From the NCBI GenBank assembly GCA_040954595.2, contig CM082582.2, positions 2,836,303 through 2,900,302 on the forward strand: 64,000 nt of DNA, given 5' to 3'. Positions within the stretch are counted from its first letter, which is position 1. Every line of letters starts with the position of its first letter. The notes beneath the pieces were generated by a model, which was not told where the DNA came from, ran no database searches, and saw only the letters and a list, made by a program, of their open reading frames with translations. Of this stretch, positions 22,525 through 36,688 are shown one piece after another. The translations under genes were made by a program, and so were the position numbers. Source of the DNA: Balanoglossus misakiensis. Lineage: Eukaryota; Animalia; Hemichordata.

Positions 22525-25500
22525 ATGTCATCAAATTCTTATAGAAAGGTTGTTATTGAGGGTGATGGCAATTGTCTATTTAGGGCTATAAGTCAAGGCC
22601 TATTTGCAACTCAGATTCATCATAATGCTGTTAGATTACAAACTGTAAACTATATAAGTGATCATTGGGATGAATATAAAGATTTCATTATTGCTGAATA
22701 TCAGAGATTTAGTTTTGCAACTTTTGGTGGCCATATTGAAATAACTGCAGCTGCTTCAGCATACAATGTGAAGATTGCAGTTCATTTAGATATTCTCAAT
22801 GAACCATTTCTCACAGAGGGTGATTCCTCAGTGACAATACACCTGTTATATCATGCAATCCGTGAACAAGGACAAATTGATAGTGGTCACTATGACTTCC
22901 TTGAGATAACGGATACACATCTTACACAGACACTTGAGGACTCTGATCATGAATTGGGCAAAACACATGATATGATCACAACACATAATATAGACTTTGC
23001 AAGTTATAGGGAAAGGGAAAAAGAGAGAGACAAGAAGAGAAAGCAAGAAAAAAGAAAAAATGTTGACTTTAAGGAGAATGAAAAACAAAGAGACTTATCA
23101 TGTAAAAGAATCAAGAGATCTAATAGTTGGTGGAGGCAAAATGAACAGCAGAGAAATGTAGCATCAATGAAATTAAGACGGTCTGATGAAGTGTACAGGC
23201 AACGTGAACAACAGAGAAACGTTGAATCAATGAAATTAAGACGGTCTGTGAAGTGTACAGAAAATGTGAACAACAGAGAAATATTAATTTCATGAAATTA
23301 AGACGATCTGATGAAGTGTACAGACAAAGGGAACGACAGAAAAATGTTCAATCAATGAAATTAAGACGGACCGATGAAGTGTTCAGACAAAGGGAACGAC
23401 AGAAAAATGTTCAATCAATGAAATTAAGACGGTCCGATGAAGGGTACAGACAACGTGAACAACAAAGAAATGTTCAATCAATGATATTAAGACGGTCCGA
23501 TCAAGGGTACATACAAAGTGAACAACAGAGAAATGTTCAATCAATGAAATTGAGACGGTCCGATGAAGTTTACAGACAACGTGAACAACAGAGAAATGTT
23601 GAATCAATGAAATTAAGACGGTCTGATGAAATGTACAGACAACGTGAACAACAGAGAAATGTTGAATCAATGAAATTAAGACGGTCTGATGAAATGTACA
23701 GACAACGTGAACAACAGAGAAATGTTGAATTAATGAAATTAAGACGGTCTGATGAAGTGTACAGACAATCTGAAAGGGAAGCAGATGCAAGAGCTAAGAA
23801 AATTAACAGAAATTGTGGTGGTGCCAAATCAATTAAAGAGCTTATTGATGTATTTCATAAATCAGTTCAGAATGGTCCAACATTTGTATGTGTGTGCTGT
23901 GAACAGCTGTGGTACAGAGAAAGTGTTGTAAACTACAATAATATCCAAAGTAAATTTTCATTATTTTCATCAACCCATGTAAATGCAAATGCCACAACTG
24001 ATGAAATGTCACCATTATGTAGAACTTGCTACTCGTATTTAAAAGACTCAAAGCGGCCACCCTGTGCTGTAGCAAACAAAATGTCATTTCCAGTAATCCC
24101 ACCAGAGTTCCAATTACATCCACTTGAAGAAAGACTTGTGGCCTTGCGTATTCCTTTCATGCAAATAAGAGAATTGCCACGGGGTAGACAAATTAGTCTC
24201 AAAGGCAATATTGTCAATGTCATAGCAGATGTCTCTAGTACTGTTTCGACATTACCGAGAACTATCAATGAATCACAAACAATACCAGTCAAATTCAAGA
24301 GGAAAATCAGCTACAATCATGCCTACCAAGTTGAAAATGTTAGACCTCAGAAAGTTTTAATAGCAGCAAAGTGGTTAGTTGAAAACAGTCCTTTGTATAA
24401 AGCAGAAAAGATAACAATTGGTACAAATTGGAATGTTTGTGATCAAAATGAGTCTGATGATAACTGGGAAGAATTTTTGGACAATAATGGTACAAATCTT
24501 GCTTTTGAATTATGTGAACCGGTAATCTGTAATGAAAATGATGAGGATGATAATGATGATAATGATAATGATGATTGGACAGAAGAAACAAAATTAGAGG
24601 ATCATGCTGGTGGAACATTAGATACAATGCTTTCTCATCCATATGTTGATGAAAACACTGATTCACAATGAGCGTTTTGCTATGCCCCAGGTGAAGGTAA
24701 CAAACCTGTAGGTATATTTCAAGATAAGTATTCTGAAGAACTTTCATTTCCAACAATCTATTGTGGTCAGCCAAGACAAAATGAACATGTGATCCCTGTA
24801 TCATACAGTACTTTATGCAAATGGGAACTGCAGCATAAAGATCGAAGAGTTGCTAAATCTGTCCCCAACATTTTCTTTAAACTGAAAAAGTTGCAAATTC
24901 AGCAAATTAAAGACAAGGCAACATTATGCTTACGCAAATGTAATCTGAAAGACCGTAAAGTAACAGCTGGTGAAATGCAATCTCCTCAAATTGTAGACAA
25001 GATAGTTAGACTTGATGAAGGATTCAGGGTGTTAAGAACATTGAGAGGTTCACCACCATATTGGGAAAGTGCTAAGCGAGACATTTTTGCTATGATACGC
25101 CAGCTTGGTATTCCAACATACTTCATGTCTTTTTCATCAGCTTAGTCCAAATGGATACATCTGCTGAAAATTCTTGGCAAGACAGTTCATGAAAAGGAGT
25201 ACACAGACAATGATATATTAAATATGTCATGGAAAACAAAGTCGGAACTGATCAAATCAGACCCTGTTACTTGTGCTCGACACTTCGATCATTGCTTTCA
25301 GCAATTAATGCATGATTTTCTTCTGAGCTCACATCATCCACTTGGTGAAATACAGGACTACTTTTACAGAGTTGAATTTCAACAAAGAGGGTCACCACAT
25401 GTACACATGCTTGTATGGATCAAAGATGCACCAGTATATGGTGAAAATGATAATAATGAAATTACCAATTTCATAGATCAGTATATTACATGCAGCAATG

Positions 25501-28500
25501 AAACCAGTGATGAAAACCTTGCAGAATTGATAAATTATCAAATGCATAGAAATGCAAAAACATGTAAACTGAAAGGTCAGTGTGTTTGTAGATTTGGCTT
25601 TCCTCTTCCACCTATGCCAAGAACAATGATATTGGAACCATCACCCATGGATATTGATGAAACAACAGAACAGAGACTTACAGAACACTATAAACATATT
25701 AAAAGTGTACTTGCTGATTTACAATGTGGAGAAAAGATCTCATTTGATGAATTCTTAGATAAAATACAACTAGATGAACAGACCTACATTAATGCACTAG
25801 AGTCATCTCTAACATCAGAGAAAATCTTCCTCAAGAGATCCCCAAATGAAATCAGAATCAATAATTACAATGAAATTCTACTGAAAGCATGGAGAGCAAA
25901 TATGGACATTCAATTTATTATAGATCCATATGCCTGTGCTATGTACATAGCATCTTACATCAGTAAAGCTCAACGAGGAGTGAGTAACTTGCTAGCTAGA
26001 GCTGTAGATGAAGTGAGAGAAGGAAATCAAGACATCAGGGAAAGTGGCAGACACATAGGAAACAAATTCTTAAATCATGTTGAAGTTAGTGCTCAAGAAG
26101 CTGTCTATCTTACAATGCAAATGAAATTAAGAAGAGCTTCACGAGATGTCATATTTGTTAATACATCACCTCATAATGATCGAGTTATCCTACTGAAACC
26201 ACTGGACGAAATACAAAATATGCCAGCAAATGCTACTGATATAGAAAGTGACAACATCTTGAAAAAATGTGAGGCTAGCGTCGTCCAAAGACCCTTGAGA
26301 ATTTGTGCTTGGCAGATTTTGCAGCTTGGTATAAATTTGAAAAGGAAAAAGATGATGAGCTAGATAAGAAAGACAACGATGATTTGTACAACAATGAGGA
26401 CGAGGAGGGTCAAACAACTTATCGTGTGGGCAGCCTTATCTACAAGAAACGCACAAAAAGTAAAGTCATCCGATATGTTCGTTTCCATAAAGAAAGAGAC
26501 ACAGAAAATCATTACAGAGAGTTAGTAATGTTGTTTTATCATTGGCGATATGAAAATCAACTAATGGCTGGTTGTAATACATACTACGAGCGCTATTTAC
26601 AAGTCAAACAGCAAGTAGATACTAAACAAAAAGAATACAATAAAACTGCTGAGGCATTAGATCAAGCAATTGAAGCAGTACAGAGTACAGCTGTGGATAT
26701 GTTTGACAACATTGCTCCAAATACAGAACATCAGGAAAGACAAGACTCTGCAGAAGGATGTAGACAAAGTAACACAATGAACATATTTGCCCCACAGGAT
26801 GACAGTCATTCACATTATGACATAGGTCAAGACATTGGTATTGCTGTAAACAATTCTAATATTAATGAACTTCTACACCCACGAATGCCTGACACTGAAC
26901 TTTACCCCCTTTTACAGACTCTTAACAAGAAGCAAAAAGAAATATTCTATCATGTAATTCATTGGATTAAAACAAAAACAGATCCTTTGCATGTATTTGT
27001 AACAGGCGGGGCAGGTGTTGGTAAATCTCTTGTTCTGAAATCACTCTATCAAGTACTATTGAAACATCTTTCAAGTCTTCCCGGTCAAAATCCTGGCAAT
27101 GTATTCATTTTACTCATGGCACCAACAGACAAGGCGGCATACAATATTAAGGGAAGTACAATTCACTCAGCACTACAAATCCCTGCAAGTCAAGGATTTC
27201 ACTATAGACCATTAACATCAGAAAGACTAAATACTTTGCAAGCAAAATATAGAAATCTGAAAGTCATTTTCATTGATGAAATCTCCATGGTTGGCAATGG
27301 TATGTTCAACTACATCAACCTTAGACTGAAACAAATCATGGCAAATAATCAACTCTTTGGTGGTGTCAGTATAGTTGCATTTGGAGACCTATATCAATTA
27401 AAGCCTGTCTTTGATGGCTGGATATTTCATGACCTTAGGCATGATTATGGACCACTTGCTTTGAATATATGGAAAGAACTTTTCCAAATGTTTGAACTAA
27501 CAGATATTATGCGCCAAAAAGATTACTTGAATTTTGCATAATTACTGAATCGTGTACGGGAAGGAAAACACACATCAGATGACATAAGTATTCTCAAAAC
27601 TCGGATAGTACAAAGCAATAATGTAAGTCCACCTTATGATGATTCAATAGTTCATCTGTATTGTGAGAACAAACTTGTTGATGATCATAATGTGTCAGTG
27701 TATGATAGACTCACAGAAACTAAAACAAATGTATTTGCTACTGATACTGTAATTCGGGATGTCTCTGAAACAGTGAAACAAAAAACATTAGCCATAGTTA
27801 CAATGTTAGGCCCTCAAAAGACAATGGGATTAGTATCTCAATTTTCTGTTGGAATAAATCAACGAGTTGAACTGTGTATGAATCTGTGTGTTGATGATGG
27901 ATTAATAAACGGTACTCCAGGAATAATCAAGTTTATTGATGGACCAGACTTGGATGATGTCACAATTCTATGGATTTTATTTGATGATAGCGCTGTTGGC
28001 AAGGCACTACGACAAGAAAAACGTCATTTATACCATAGAAAAATAACCAAATCATGGACACCCATTGCACAGATATCACGGCAGTTCAGAGTAGGAAGAC
28101 ACAGAAATGCTGAAGTTGTTAGAAAACAATTCCCATTAGACCAGCCAGTGGAAAAACTGTCCACTGTTGCCAAGGTGATACTCTGAATGATGTGGTTGTT
28201 GATTTTAGCACTGCTTCAAACAGAAACCAGTGTCATATACACTATGTTGCGCTTAGCAGGGTCACAAAACTGGCTGGTCTTCACATAACCACATTACACG
28301 AAAATCAAATATCTGTCAGCACTGATGTCACACAAGAAATGCAACGCATGCGATCTCATTCCATGTTACAACTTTGTTTGACTTTTCCCTATGATATACC
28401 AAACAAATTTATTATAGCTTATCAAAATGTAAGATCTCTCCATTGCCATTTCCAAGATGTTGTGAATGATTTCAATTTGACATCAGCTGATGTACTTATT

Positions 28501-29046
28501 TGCAGTGAATCATGATTACAAAGTGCTGATCAGAATGATGATTACAGAATTCCAGATTTTGAAATTTCCAGACATGATGACAACAGTAATCAACAAAGAA
28601 GACCATACCATGGGCTAGTATTGTACAGCAAAGCTAACACCCTGGAGTCTCTTCCACATTCACACCATTACTTTCACTGTGAATTTGTCACAGCAGTATA
28701 CAAAACAACACTTGGCTTACTTCAAGTAGTTGCTATTTACATTCCTCCTTCAACATCAATAGACACCTTACAAAGTGCTCTTCTAAACCTTAGCGAACAA
28801 CTGCATGAAAATCTACCAACAGTGCTACTTGGTGATTTCAATGTTGATTTGTTACAACAAACATCTTCAGCAAAGCAATTAATGGAATTTATGACAAACC
28901 AACTCAAGTACAAACAACTTATTCAAGAACCAACAACAAACTATGGATCTTGCCTTGATCATATTTATACGAATATTCAGTCAACACAAGTTGGTGTACT
29001 TGAATCATACTACAGTGACCACAAACCAATATGGCTAGCAGTGTAA
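22525..29046 (+). pseudogene. Helentron polyprotein: OTU protease, 20-aa repeats, Cys-rich domain, HUH Rep, Pif1-family helicase, EEP/AP endonuclease (multiple stops and frameshifts)
   Basis: OTU GDGNCLFRA and GHYD; CVCC..CRTC and PLEERLVA; Rep RVEFQQRGSPHVHMLVW and YIASYISK; helicase GGAGVGKS, FIDEISMV, GDLYQLKPV and YVALSRV; endonuclease NVRSL, GDFNVD, LDHIY and SDHKPIW. Confidence 0.95.
23120..23770 (+). repeat. 60-bp coding tandem repeat (RRSDEVYRQREQQRNVESMKL-like, ~10 copies)
   Basis: 60-bp periodicity seen directly; charged helical peptide in the ORF track. Confidence 0.95.
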
Positions 29047-32000
29047 AAAAATTATTACAACAATCACTAGTGATTACTATTAGATCTCTGTACTCAATTA
29101 TGAAGTCATGTCAAGCACAAAACAATGCAAAAGATAAAGTTCAAATGGGCTTTTAAATGCTATTAAACATTAACAAGCACTTTGTCAATTATGCCCTGTT
29201 AGTGCTGTTAGTGTCATTTCAAATTTACCTCCGTTTCTTTGATATCTCTATACCAAATCTTAAATCTTGAATTCCACATGCAAATTAAAAACTGATAACT
29301 CACTAAATATTAAACCCCCTCATTCGACCATAATTTCACAGCTTTATATCTAGCTATTCTCTCGGAAAATGTATTCTACTTTTTATACTGAGAATGGTCT
29401 TGGTACTTAAATCGAACTGGCTATCAATAAGATAACTGTATAACCAAAAACATCAACAATAAAACTCCATTTTCCATAGAACACAAAATCATAAAAAATT
29501 TTGCACAAGCTTCCAAAAGTAACATATGGTAATACATAGTTTCACTTGATAATGGCCAATTTTTTACAAATGATATTCTCTGTTCATCAAATATATATTT
29601 AAAAAAAACAGCATCTATGCATCAAAATACAGTTTTCTTATTGTGTGTATGACCTGAAAAAAGACCCTCAAGAAGCATGTTTTTACCATTTTAAATTTGG
29701 CTTTTGAAAAAATTTAACATTTGAAAGATTAACAAACAATTTTGTCTGATATGTAGAGCACTTGTCAAAACAGTTTAATTAATATAAAACTTTGTAAAAA
29801 CTGACTATTTTAATCCAAGTCTTTTTATGGGAACATAATTTTTAATCATTTAACAACAAAACCATTCAAAATATCAAGGCTTACTAGAAAATTGTCAAAA
29901 AGACTGGAACAAAGATTGCTAAATAGCTACAGATTTAACAATTAGTTGAAAACACCTAACTCAGTGTAAGATGTATCATCAGCGGTATTGGTAACCGAAA
30001 ATTCTGGTACCTCAGTCAATTAAAGAATAAAAATAATACTAATATGACCTTATTTGATTTGACTTTTGATTAAAAAAGGATAAATTATTTCAAATCAACT
30101 CCTAAGATTATCTTTAAATCTACCATTTTTGATAGTTTTCGCCTGATGTACAAATTGAACTGTTCAAAGTCGTTTGTTTTCGCCAATTTCTATCTAGATT
30201 TTCTTTGTACATAGCAAAAACGGAAAGAAGTCTATGATCAATCGCAAATATTGATGACAATTGTACAGGACAGATTGTAAAGTGTCATGTTTCTCATTTT
30301 AAAGATAATTTTGCCCGGATGTTAAACATACTAGTGTGAAAGTTTTGGTTTTTACCAACTTCTGTCCACTTTTTCTTGATGAACAGAAAAAATGGAAAAA
30401 AAAGCAATGAAAAGTTTCAATTTTTTAGAACTTTTGTGTGCTACAGAATATGCAGTAATATTTTGGACAGTTATATTCATTTTATTTATATTACTCAAAT
30501 ACACTAGCAAGAACATTAATATACAAAAGATCATGATTTCAATACCAAACAGTTCCATCATTTCCTCTCTAACAGAATTCTCAAAGCGCAAATGATGTTT
30601 CACTTCACCAGAATCTATTCAGTCATATAAAAACTGCACTTGATAGACTGTACAAGACTGTCCTACTTGCTTCATCATGGATGCATACTCCAGACAGTGA
30701 GGGCGCTAAACATAAACATTCGGCACTGCAACCGCAGTTGAAGGATCAACAGAACGCTACATATTGTTCGGAATGTGAACGAAGGCACGATAGCAGCCAT
30801 CACTTTGCTTCGTGAACATTACCTATTTCTATGTCCCGTTGAGGTAGTTTCCGTGAAATAACATTCAGAAGAACACACACCAGACGACATATCTTAATAC
30901 CTAACCATGGATGTATGCGAAGCATTTTAATGAAAGTGTCAAAAATAGAACTAAGATGGCTACTAATGTTTTGAAAACAAAAATAGAATATTATGCTAAG
31001 AAAAAAAGACATTTCCGGTAACCCGACGTACTTCAAACCCCTGACCACTAACTTTCTTTTCGCTGCTGTCAACTCAAAACGATATGTCGCTGGTTTCCGG
31101 ATACATTTTTTTTAGAATCAGCTCACAGTTTTTAACTCTATTATTAACTCAGGTCGAATTGTGGACGATAAAGGGGAATTTCGATGACATCCTAACACAG
31201 TTTGCCAGGAATAAGACAACCAACTCGCGCGTGCTCACATGGCGCCTGCTACAACTCTCTCTTGATAACGCGATAAATGTTGCAAGTTGTGGCTGGCTGA
31301 CTTCAGTGGGATGAGCGAATTTTGATTTCATTCCACAAAATAATGTGATTTTACATTACTTTTTGTCGGTCTTGGTCTATTCAAACATCATTTTTCGTGT
31401 ATTTCTCGATCTTTGCCGTGAAGAGAAAAATTGTAGTGGGCGTCTCTCGGCACACGTTCTAAAATTATCTATTCTCACATGTGAAAATACTCTGTCGTAA
31501 TATTCGCTCTGAGAACAATACAGCAATAGCGCAGTGGCATACAGGCGTTGCATGTATGATAAGCTCCTCTTCTCCAATCGCAAACATGTTTCCGTGGTGT
31601 AATTTATCGCAAACTCCTTTGATTTAGAATAATATGAACAAAAAAATCTAATTCGCCTAACCTATTTCTGAACCGCGTGTAACATAAAAAAACGTTTGGC
31701 GTAAACGACCAGCCTCCACTACAAACGAAACATAAATTTCAATATAAAACGACTAAAGCCATAATTTCTACAAGTTGTTGTTGTTGTCACCCTTTCTCAC
31801 TGTTCGTTCAAATTCTCTAAAATGTGAAACTCATGCTTCCATTTCTGTATTCATTTAAATGTTGAAAGTAGTAGGCCTACTGGAAAATTTACCGGACAAA
31901 AAGTAGACATTCATTAAAAGTCGTTTTCGAACAAGCTTTGTTTTTGTAACTAAAACTACAAAGTTATAGCTTTCGCGCAGTAAATCTGTCTTTGAATTGT

Positions 32001-32827
32001 TACTATTGAAGCCCAGTTCATTATCATAAAGTTTCGATTATAAGTTTAGTGTGAAATAAGATGTTTTTCGTTCTGCCTGCTGGTGTAGAATCTACAAAGT
32101 CGGACTTATAATCACAGGATACATCAAATTTCAACGTTTTATTGCCGTTTTGTACATAGTCTGGTGGTACAGTTTTGACCCAACGAACACCGTGTTTATA
32201 AATTACAAACATTTTAACGATACATTTTGATACTTTTGTTTGATTAGCGGTTAAAAATTTCTATGGGCGGTATGTCTTCGACTTCCTTTATTTTGTGTGT
32301 TTTGTTCCAAAAAACGTCAGTGTATGCGTATCGTGTTGCACAGGTGCCCGTACGGCGCCCGCTACGACGGCTCTGCGTAGTTTCATGAAATCTTGAAAAA
32401 TGATATCGAACATTTCATCAAATATTCAGCGGGAAAAATAATACCTATCAAACTTTACATTATACTATACATAACGATGGTAAAGATTTTTCAACACTAG
32501 TACAACGCCTCAACTTGCGTACGCATCTGCAAATGAAAAGTGACCAAAACACTGATTCTCGGTTAAAGTTTCAACACAATTAACGAGAATACTCTGCATG
32601 GTTCAGATCGAATACCTTATCATTCTAATAGGATCCTGCTCACCTAATTGTGTATGCATTTCGATTTTGAATTGTCTTTGGCCCATCTTCAAGCTTGCAA
32701 CATTTTTGGAAAGTACACTTGGACACACCCACTCCCTTGCTCACTTTTACGTTCGATCTCTTCTTTCCTATACCTGCCATTGGTTCGGACTTTGCAGGCT
32801 CAGAATCCACTGAATATTCATGAGCAG

Positions 32828-32835
32828 TATATAAA
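32828..32835 (+). promoter_or_regulatory. Candidate TATA box for the OB-fold gene
   Basis: tatataaa upstream of a putative non-coding exon ending aa|gtgagt (~33029), with acceptor tgttcacag (~33350) before the ATG at 33375. Confidence 0.4.
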
Positions 32836-33374
32836 CCCACCCTCGTGCTCTGGCGTGGGTCATTTTTAAGGAAACCTGCTAGGAGAAAAGTTTCTGTCCT
32901 GTCCGTCTCAGTGACGTATACTTGGAAAAAAGTGTCCGCCATCCTGAAGTGCGTCTCAGTGACGTGTGCTGAAAAAGTGTCCGACACCCAGAAGTGCCTG
33001 TCGTCCACAAGGAATCATTAAATAAGCAAGTGAGTAAAGTTTTTTCCTATTTTTATAGTAATACTAAAAGGAATGCCTTTGCGTTATTGCGGAACCATGT
33101 CGCAGCATTTCATATTTTATTCAGGACAAGATTGCATGACAACCGTTTCACCAGTTTTGCCTGAATACGTTACCAGTCGGTATTATGATTTATTATCATA
33201 GACATATCAATGTGTACAAAAATCATTCGTCTAGCGTTCGACGCAATCATCATTAACACAATCACAGCTCTCAGGAGAAATTGTCTAACTTCGCTGCAAC
33301 TGTCTACTGTTTTCATGAACTCATAAATACCATTATCCACTTGTTCACAGGTTGCATCAGATCCCAGTCTGAAA

Positions 33375-36300
33375 ATGGCAACCAACAGTCAAGATCTAGC
33401 CATAAAAATAAAGGTTCTGGAAGAACCTGAAGAGCGTTACTCCGCAACTGGACCCTTCTACAACTTAACAGCAATCGACGACAACGGCCACTTCCACGAA
33501 ATTAAAATCTGGAAAGACGGGTGCGTCGATAAATTCACAAAAGGCACATTTCTGGAACTACGGCGGTTCACTAATTGTCGAGACGGTAGGATTGGCGTCA
33601 ACAAATATACCAAGGTGAACACTTGTCTTGACCCTTTATTCGTCAGTTCCCTCTATAAACCTCAAAACTCGACATCGCATGATATTACAATTCCGATAGA
33701 TCTCGTCTTTTCTCTCTACTAAACGGCAACGTCAAAAGATTGATGTTTACAAAAAAATGATCAAGTTTGGGGGTTGGGTTTTAGGGCCAAATTCATGTCT
33801 GCAGTCAAAAACGATTCGACTTTTTGGCAAAACGAAAGATTTCAAGACTGCTTTTTGTTGTGTTGCAATATGAATATTTTTGTCAATTAATAATGGTTTT
33901 CTGTTTTCACTCAATTTAATAGTACGCTGTCTGAAAGAATTAATGCAGGGTACGCTTCGAATGTTTTTCAATTTTCGGTCTGTTTAGTTAGAGTGGGGGG
34001 TGGGTCTGAGACCAAACTTTTAAACAATTAAGTTACTTTTATTGAACTTTAGATCTTGCCCCTAATTTATTCAAAAACGAGATTTATTTCATGACCCATT
34101 CCCGAATTTTCACTTACATGTTGTAATCTTCAAATAATATCGCTTTACAATTTAATTGATTTTATTTCCTTTTTGCCGTAGATTGCCCGTACTGGGAACA
34201 ATGCATTCAAAGTTGAAAAAGAACAGGAGAAACTATTCAATGAACCAGAGGAGGTCCCACTAGCTGATTTACAGCACTCGCCTCGAAAAAGGAGGGTCAG
34301 TGTTGTGGCTAGAATTGATAAGGTAATCACATATGCACACATTATGACAAAATATTTTGTTTACTCAGACAATAACGCCTACTTTCCCCCAATAGATTTC
34401 TATGCAAATTGACTGTTCTCCCCATGATTCCTCACAGTGATGACTAATTTCTACAACATTGCAGGTTAAAATTCATATCTTGATGATTTCTGATTGTCAT
34501 CCAAAATTATACAGGCAGAAAATGCTTCGGTGAGAATAATTTAATTTCACATCAATAACTGTAAACTTACCATACTAAACAACACCTTTTCTTACTCTTA
34601 TTTCACCTATTGACTAGCATTACTTGTACCAGTCAAGACACATTTCCATTGCACAGTATCACCTTGGAATTTAATTTCTTTACATTTAGGTTTCGCACGA
34701 ACAGCAAACAACAAATAAAACACGTAGAAGAGATATCGTTTTAACAGATGGTTTGAGGTCAATGCAAATGAACCTTTGGGGCAAACAGTGTGACCTGCAA
34801 GTCAGAGAAGGTGCAAAAGGGAAAATTGGACCAGTAATCGTAGACAAGTACAAGGATGTCAATCATGTCAATAGCACAGTCTCCACAAAAATAAAGGTCT
34901 GTATTCATCCACCGTCAAAATTCAGCCTCAGTATTTCTTGTTTCGACATATTTTTGTTTGAAATATCTTCAATATCTAAAAGTAGATAATAATTGATAAT
35001 GACTCTCACAGTTTTTATGACCAGCCCTGCTCACAAATGTATATACTTTTCAATATAACAATTGAAAATGACTTTCTGTCCGGACAGAAAGTCAGGCTTT
35101 GTTGACGCATGGAATCCAATCTAACCCCTGCTGTGCCTATACAACTAAATGTACACAGATTCAGCCATGCATAACATTTATAGAACCCACACTGAAGAGG
35201 TTTGATTGTCCCAAATCTAGTAAATTTTTGAAGAAACTCGCAAAAATTCACATATGCACCATTTCTGTTGTAAACAAACCTGTCGGTCATTTCAAATTTT
35301 ACAGGCAATATTTAGGGTTTGCACATAGTTACAGCAGCACAAATCTTGCTAATATCTTCATTATCTAGTATTCCAAGATGAATGCGGAAAAAACAGGAAA
35401 TTTTTGATGATGAAAAATTGTTAAAATGAGAAATACTGGGGCTTTAATGTGTTTTCTAACAGTCACTACACACTATCAACACTACTATACAGATATTTCA
35501 GATTCACTAATATGTCTCATACTTATTTTCAGACTATAGAAGATGATGCTGAAATTCTTGAGGCAAATGGTACACTTCAAGGAATAGACACAGACGAGAA
35601 GTTAGTACATCTTCATTATCACTTCCACACATGTCAGTGTGGCGTTATCTTTGGCTAAACTACTGGACAAACGACACCAAATTTAAATTCTTCATATTGG
35701 ACAACGTCTGATGGTGATCTCATCTGCCAAAAATACTATTAATACACGATCATGCACTCTGTTCTGACCAGTAGTATAACCTGGTTATGATTACAAATTT
35801 CACTTTTACAACCAAGTTGTATATTGTCAATTTCACATCCATTGAAAATACTTAAATCATAACATTTTAGTATTTGGCACAAACCAACTTGGCTTTCCTT
35901 GGGACATGTGAAGAAAATCATAGCTGTGTTGTCTTCCCCTTTCAAAAAGTTCATCCAAAAAATGCGCGAACTTTTTTTCCTCTTCCACAGATGTCTGGTC
36001 ATAGATGGTGTGTACACGCCATACAAGGCAGATATCAGTTCCCTTGGCTCCGAAGAGGACATTATATCCAAACTGCCAGTGCAGATTGTATACAAGAAAG
36101 ACAACGGAACAGTTGTACAATTGAGGTAAAACTACTTTTTCGGTCTGCTGTCGGTGACAACTGAGCTCATCACATTGGTGGAATGTCTGTCATGGTGTAC
36201 AGGTTTCTATGGATATTTTCAGTAACATGTATTCAGATTGTCCTGACATATGCATGATTGGATTTTTGGAGCAAATTTTGCCATTCTTTGTTTGTTAAAA

Positions 36301-36688
36301 ATATCTGAAACCAATGGTCCAATTGCTTTGAAACTTCGTTTGCAAGCTTCCTAGAGATTTCCTTACTCGCTTAAAATTGTAGTGAACTTTGAATAATTCT
36401 CTCTTGAGGGCAATTCTTTCCGTTTTTTGACCAAATCATTTTCTCTGAATCCAGTTATCAGATTTCTTTCAAGTTTGGTGTGTAGGATCTTGGAGATTGT
36501 ATTAGTAAGATGTAACCAAATTGTCCTGAAATAAATATTTCAAGATCTCCAAACATCTTAAAGTTGCTTGACAATGAATATCAGTCAGGTTGCAAACATT
36601 AGATTATTTTTATCACCCATTCTTACAATGTAATTATTTGCCTCTTATTTCCAGGTACAGAACCAAACCTAGCAAGGGCAAACGCTGA
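33375..36688 (+). CDS. Six-exon OB-fold ssDNA-binding (RPA/SSB-like) protein, 274 aa: exons 33375-33614, 34182-34322, 34690-34896, 35533-35600, 35991-36125, 36655-36688
   Basis: All introns GT-AG with compatible phases (0,0,0,2,2); 240+141+207+68+135+34=825 nt, open from ATG to TGA. OB-fold pattern RVSVVARIDKVS..RRRDIVLTDGLRSMQMNLWG..IVDKYKD..VNSTVSTKI; first exon has a similar LTAIDD..EIKIW..G.FLEL pattern. Confidence 0.8.

Noticed and set aside
23383-23827. Minus-strand Cys/His-rich repeat ORFs
   Set aside because: Antisense shadows of the 60-bp coding repeat in the Helentron ORF
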